A stretch of 64,000 nt of DNA from Setoptus koraiensis (taxonomy: Eukaryota; Animalia; Arthropoda): assembly GCA_048013815.1 (NCBI GenBank), contig CM106585.1, positions 1,674,001-1,738,000 of the forward strand, read 5' to 3'. A program made the position numbers and the translations under genes. Within the stretch, counting starts at the first letter, position 1. The number at the start of each line of letters is the position of its first letter. Shown in pieces: positions 58,414-64,000 of this stretch. A model generated the notes under the pieces. That model made no database searches. It was given only the letters and a program-made list of their open reading frames with translations, and was not told the DNA's origin.

Positions 58414-59748
58414 ATGAAACAATCAGTAGCGAAACTTTCAATCAACATCTTTCGAAACATTATTTGCTGTGTATTTATTCAGTATGTCATTCTAACAAAC
58501 AATTCAATCATTCATACCCAATCGATTGGTAACTTTCCATCGTTAAATTTAGGCTTCAACCCGTATGCAAGTCCCATATTTGGCTACGGTCTAGGGTTGA
58601 AATATGGTGCGAATGGTTATTGGCCACCATGGACAGCGCCACCATTTCTATTACCACATCCGATCAACAAGTCACCATTATCGACCACAGCTGGTCATCT
58701 CTTGAAAGGCTCATCAACGATTGACAAAATTAAAACTCTCCAAGCCAGTAAGCTACCAGGTCATGTCACAAACCCATTCAAGAGCGTCTACGGCGATCAC
58801 TATGATCATGCTCATCATGATCACTTAGATGATCCGTCTATCTATCATGGTGAAAGAGCAAAGAAGATTGCTATATCTAAAAAGTTTGCGAAATGGTTGG
58901 CTCTCATGGCGATCAAACCTGCATTACAAGTGCTATTTCAGATATTAACAACGTCGAGCAGCAACGGGCTTCCTACAACAGGCCGTTCCTCGCATTGGAA
59001 TTGGAATGCTCGACCACCGGGCCAGGTGAACGCAGACCAGACTGGCCTAGATTCGGCAGAATCAATTCCAGAGGATAAAGGACAGACGGCAAGATTTCTA
59101 TTTAGAGAGCTTCTGAATAGACTTGCTGCAATAGAAAGCCAAGCGGTGCATACTGATCAACCAAACGAGTATCAAGATTTTCCATTGTGGTCAAGTAGCC
59201 GAATTAAGGGTCCAGATAATGAGCGCGAGCTAATGTTTCCTCCCTCATATACTCCTCTTCCTCTGAAGCCGATGAATGGCACTGAAATCACTGATCAACG
59301 TCCTCATATATCGTTTGGTCCATTCATGGTGGAGCATATTTGGCCAACTTACAAACCCATGATTGATAATCATCTTGAACAATGGGATCCTTATTCTAAC
59401 AATCAAAATAAGCAAGCAACTTCTAGAGTTAAATCATCATCAGCATTCATGAATACAGTTCATCATTTGGGCGACGGGGGCAGTAGCGGAAAATTATACA
59501 ACAGCAATGATAACGTTGCCAGTAGCTCTCGAGTTGTGCAAATCGGCGAGAAGGCGCCAAAGTTCATCAGTGGCACCTATCTAGATCAGGACGACCAGAC
59601 GAAACTAGCAACCACCAATCATGAAAATGCACCAATGAACAATTCTGGTAAGCTAATCTCTTCAATGGGTAGTCGTTTGAAATCTTGGTGGACGGCACGC
59701 AAGAAAACATGGTCAGACCAATTGAAACTAGCTGGTAGGCGAAAGTAG
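58414..59748 (+). CDS. Orphan 444-aa predicted secreted/membrane-associated protein
   Basis: Long single-exon ORF with a hydrophobic N-terminus, G/Y/P-rich and H/D-rich patches, and a basic-then-hydrophobic segment (KKIAISKKFAKWLALMAIKPALQVLF). No family recognised. First ATG at 58414; the track start is TTG. Confidence 0.7.
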   Translation: MKQSVAKLSINIFRNIICCVFIQYVILTNNSIIHTQSIGNFPSLNLGFNPYASPIFGYGLGLKYGANGYWPPWTAPPFLLPHPINKSPLSTTAGHLLKGSSTIDKIKTLQASKLPGHVTNPFKSVYGDHYDHAHHDHLDDPSIYHGERAKKIAISKKFAKWLALMAIKPALQVLFQILTTSSSNGLPTTGRSSHWNWNARPPGQVNADQTGLDSAESIPEDKGQTARFLFRELLNRLAAIESQAVHTDQPNEYQDFPLWSSSRIKGPDNERELMFPPSYTPLPLKPMNGTEITDQRPHISFGPFMVEHIWPTYKPMIDNHLEQWDPYSNNQNKQATSRVKSSSAFMNTVHHLGDGGSSGKLYNSNDNVASSSRVVQIGEKAPKFISGTYLDQDDQTKLATTNHENAPMNNSGKLISSMGSRLKSWWTARKKTWSDQLKLAGRRK

Positions 59749-59970
59749 ATGACCAAAGGAGATTACAGGTAAAAACTGAGGAAACTGTGATGGGTCAAAA
59801 TTCGATAAAAATAACTCCCAATTGCTGACAGCTTTGAAGATTCGCAAAGGGTGCCCTGATCTAACGGTATCGAGCCTGAGTCGCGACGAAAGTCAGTCGC
59901 GAAATTCATACCTGGCATACTAGCAGTGATAGTAAGAAAACTAAATGTTAAGTTTTAGATTCTAAAATGA

Positions 59971-60085
59971 ACACCAAGATTTAATCTATCATTGAGTGAA
60001 CAAGATGGAGAATTCTTTGGTGAATTAACAAACGTTGTTTCATAAATTATGTACATGGTCTAAATACTCAATATGATAAAGATTC
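59971..60085 (+). pseudogene. Degenerate duplicate of the RPAP3 3' end and proximal 3' UTR
   Basis: CACCAAGATTTAATCTATCA...TTCTTT...TTGTTTCATAAATTATGT...ACTCAA.ATGATA.AGA matches about 56902-57020. Confidence 0.75.
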
Positions 60086-60138
60086 TAAGATTTAGTGTCC
60101 CTTAGTTATTATTATTATAAAATATTTATATATCTAAT

Positions 60139-60821
60139 TTATAACGACATCTGGTCAGCCTTAAGCTGTTCGATTTTCCAATCTCCTTCACCGTCGAAAA
60201 CTAATATGTGAGTATGAAATTTCCACAAAGATGGTCTATGAGTGATAGTTATTAAAGAAGTTCCCATATCCTTGACAGCTTGATAGATCTGACTCTCCAC
60301 ATCGATTGAGACTGCACTCGTACACTCATCCAATAAGGCGAATTGAGGCTTATGGTACAGCACTCTAGCCATACCCATACGCTGCTTCTCACCACCACTG
60401 AGTATATCTTTCCAATCGCCCATAGCAGACCAGCCGCCTTCACGATTGACAACCTGGTTTAGATGAACTTTATCGAGTATTTTACCAAGATCATCATCTG
60501 TAAATCCTTTTTTGCGCATGACCTCCATCGAGTCGGGATAGATGACTTGATCTCGCAATGTTCCTAATGACATGTAAGGCCTCTGAGGAACATAGAACAA
60601 TTCTCTACTTGAGGGCCTTTCGATTCTTCCATTGAAAATAGGCCAGACTCCCGCCATGATCCTAAATAACGAACTCTTACCACAACCATTTGGTCCTGTT
60701 ATGAGTAGATGCATCTGCTGGGTGACCTCTAGTGTGAGACTAGGAACGACTACATCGTAATTTGGTGTTATCACTGGAACATCCTTGAGCCTGATATAGT
60801 TGCTAACCTCGATGACTTGGC
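60139..60821 (-). CDS. ABCD1: Peroxisomal ABC half-transporter ABCD1/2-like, exon 2 (NBD)
   Basis: Acceptor ttttcag|GC. Walker [10 protein letters not shown], signature LSGGEKQR, Walker B ALLDE, H-loop ITHRPSLW. Confidence 0.93.
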
Positions 60822-60911
60822 CTGAAAATTTGTTAAAGAAGATTTTGTTAGAAACACAGTTAAAGAATAAATGTTTCTTCAAACATAACTCATAGCATTG
60901 ATTAGGCTTAC

Positions 60912-62469
60912 CTTTTATCTGAGGCTGACCATCCTTGAAGGTGAGACCCGGCACGGGTTTTCTTGATTTCGCTGCAGCCACGGCAACATTTCTTCTGTAG
61001 ACACCTTTGTTAACCTGTTCAAAAACTGTGAACATTTTGGCCACTCTGTTTGAGTAGCCGGCAAGTTCATGAGCCTCTTTGTATGACGACAAGAGCCTCT
61101 CTAGAGCATCAGCGCCCGCTATAAGAATGTTCTTGGCTGTAGTCATGTATTGCGTTCTCTCAGATACATCATCGGTATCAATATCATCAGAACTGATGGA
61201 ATCGCTTACTGGAAGGGTGCCAGTCATCACTGGTATTGCTATTATGACCATACCTGTAGCGCTCCAGCAATATTTCATCAAGAACTGTTCTAACATAACA
61301 TACCAAAGCTTTGTATTTAATATCTTGTTGACTTGAACAGCTAATTGACGGTATGATTGTTGCAATAGATTGAGCTCAATTTCATGTCCCCCATAGAAGG
61401 CGATCTCTTCACTGTTGGTGACTATTCTGGAATGTAGTGAACGTAGGAAACCCTTCCTCCTTGCCTCTTCGGCCACCAATGTTCCGAATGGAGGCGAACT
61501 CCATCTGAGTATTCCGTGGGTGGCGAATCCAATGACTGCTGCCATGAGCGGACCATAAGATTGATATGAACCACCTAAACCTTTAGCCATCGACACTAAA
61601 GTGAATGATATAACTGTTAAATCTAGACAAGGTTTTGTAACTGAAGAATAGAGATGGGCGCAATGTTGAGAGAAGGTAGTAATATCGTCCGTCAATGAGT
61701 GGTCCGGATTTTCTAAGCGTCCATCAAGATTCGAGACAGCATAATAGGTATCATTTTTGAAATAAAGATCGTAAGCATAGCGGACCAAGCGAGTTCTGAA
61801 AGCTAACGCCATTTGACCCTCTAAAAATCTTATGAGTGAATTGATAAAAGTAGCTGGTAATGCCACCAGGAGCCATTTTGATAACATTAGTGAGAAATTA
61901 TAGACATCTCGTCTGACAATATATTTGACAACTTTTCCTTCTAAATTGGCAACATATATTGATAAGAATGTTCGCGATACCAACGATAAAGTGTGTGCTA
62001 ATAATATAAGTGATTCCGATGACCAAACACTGGGTATCATAATTCTAATTAGTTTGATCATTTGTACAATGAAATCCACATTGATCCCCGTGACATGTTG
62101 GAAGAAGTATAACAATTTGATCATGTAGTCTTCTATGGGGGCAATAATAATATTATCTCTAGGTGGACCAAAGTCAGTATAACTGTCTTTGGTGCCGTTG
62201 TGATTTCTAATATTGGCCTCCTTTCTTGCCGTGGCCAATAAATCGATGTGGCCATTGCTGGTGATATCATCATCCTCTATTGAGGTAGTTTTATCCTGAA
62301 ATCTGAGGGCCTGATTTTTGAGACCTTTCAGGCCCTTCTTAATAATGGGCGATCCTACATGACAAAAATAAATGCCAAATATTGTGACACAAGCGCCACG
62401 AGTCACATAATGAAATGGAACACCGTAGGAATCTGTGACTAGCCGAAGCTTAGATATCACGTTTGTCAT
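60912..62469 (-). CDS. ABCD1: ABCD1/2-like exon 1 (TMD); spliced protein 746 aa
   Basis: [45 protein letters not shown] motif [17 protein letters not shown]. Donor AAA G|GTAAGC. ABCD1 versus ABCD2 cannot be resolved by eye. Confidence 0.93.
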
Positions 62470-63853
62470 CGTCGTTATTAATAATGTTTTTGTTCGTTTT
62501 AAAATAAATTCTTAGAATAATGTAACTAATAAAGAAGCTTATTACGATGAAGCTAATAGAAGATGATATGTGAAAAAATTAAGTTTTCGTAATTTCTAGG
62601 GGAATTATTGTAGAAATTACTATTGCGATGATTATTATTATTCTTGTTTGTTATACGACGGTCATTGCATCAACACCTCTACTTGCTGCTCAGCTGGATC
62701 ATGGCTGTCAATTTCAGCTTGGTGTTGTTTGAAATTGTTTGTCACTAGTTAGACAAAGGCGTATCTCCCATTGAAATGAGGTTTACCTTGTGATAAAACG
62801 ACTATCTATATATCTAAAAGAAACTTGGCTACCTGATGATTTACACTATGTAATGTTTACCATGGACACTGTGAGCGGAGGCTTGCACCGCAACTGGGCT
62901 AGACATAAGCACACTAACTAACACAAACAAATTCATTCCCGTGAGATGGTCTAGGGTATGTAACGGCTAAGGTAAGATAAATCATACTGGCTTATTGTGG
63001 AGCACATCGTAGTGCAAATTGAATTCAACTGTGCCCATCAAGACGAACAACAGGTTTTTAAGGGTGTCAGACGCTAGGCGGCGCTTTACATTCAATCAAC
63101 TAATCGAAGTTGATCAAGATCATGCTAAGATAACACAGAATTGTGCCAACTCAATGCAAAAGTTATGCGTTCTGCCCTGAAGGATCTCTTATTAATGGTT
63201 CGTAAATTATCCCTGTCTACCAGCCCCACTTGTTGCTCGGTCAGCATTTTCCAGTGCGCATTTTTCTTCTTCTTTCTAGTTGGTATCGAGAAGGAGGCTC
63301 TTCTCTCTCGCTCTCTCTGCCTAGCTGCTTGTTTACTGCTGATGAAGCTAATAGTTAGATTCTTTACTACCATTAACAAGGGACGCTTACATAATCATTG
63401 GCGACGATATCCATGATAGAAGACAACTAAATAGATGGCCAGCTAGATGGAGGGGGAGGGATAGACAAAGAGAGACAGGACATTCACAACACCGCCAAAC
63501 TGGTTATAACCAAACTCAGACACTTAATACAAGTTTACCTCTCCTCTACGCCGTTGTAGCAGCTTGTATCCATCGTACAGTCATCTTGCTATGCATATTA
63601 GAAAAGTTTGGGCTTTGAAACTGCTCGCCTGCAAATGGCTATACACCGAGATACACAAGCTAGCCATACAGTCTGTTAGTCAGTCAGCTAATCCAAGCAG
63701 CGTCAATGAAGCGACCACAATGCTAAAAATGCCTGTAACATACATGTAACTTAACGAAAGGACATCAACAGCCTTATACAGTTGAAAACCACCAACGACA
63801 ATGAGAAGCTAGTATTGTCTGATGTTTGTATGTAATTGCTTTAGCATTAACAA

Positions 63854-63962
63854 TCAACCATGGGCGTTCGAGTTTCTATTCGAGGAGTCATTGCCATTGA
63901 TTTGCTGTGCGTAAGCTCGACCGAACAATTCTATTTGCATCAGCATATCGATGACTAGCTCA
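63854..63962 (-). CDS. Possible terminal exon of a gene continuing beyond the window
   Basis: gtttttcag|T GAG CTA GTC ATC GAT ATG... reads ELVIDMLMQIELFGRAYAQQINGNDSSNRNSNAHG*. Good acceptor, no recognised homology. Confidence 0.35.
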
Positions 63963-64000
63963 CTGAAAAACAACAATGTCTACCTAACTCATTTTACATT

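Noticed and set aside
1-64000. CRISPR arrays, prokaryotic operons, terminators, rRNA, canonical tRNA or autonomous transposons
   Set aside because: The sequence is eukaryotic with spliceosomal introns. No repeat-spacer array, rRNA segment, complete tRNA, transposase or RT ORF was seen.

Overview
Eukaryotic (animal, probably arthropod) genomic DNA. The compact, intron-poor gene packing suggests an acariform mite, but that is inference. The window is dominated by one minus-strand SoxF-group HMG-box gene. I reconstructed it as three exons (43384-41509, 7660-7574, 5308-3156; 1371 aa). Its first intron is 33.8 kb, GC-richer than the flanks, packed with microsatellites and short tandem duplications, and contains a nested same-strand single-exon membrane-protein gene (17657-15603). 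The flanks are AT-rich and gene-dense: LSm8, a ribonucleotide reductase small-subunit homologue, a TSSK-like kinase, Sec6/EXOC3, an ALDH3/FALDH, snurportin-1, a short RPAP3/Spaghetti-like TPR protein, an orphan secreted-type protein and a peroxisomal ABCD1/2 transporter. Best leads: (1) a tandem array at 53.0-54.5 kb of an unrecognised 340-380 nt structured RNA with compensatory changes, a tRNA-like 5' cloverleaf and oligo-T ends; (2) the RNR small subunit has lost 4 of 6 iron ligands but keeps its radical-path residues and R1-docking tail, like yeast Rnr4; (3) a dense cluster of PAR-bZIP/Vrille sites and a Su(H) site cluster inside the SoxF intron; (4) a TSSK pseudokinase. Nearly all short ORFs between 6 and 41 kb are repeat artefacts. 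All alignments and folds were done by eye.
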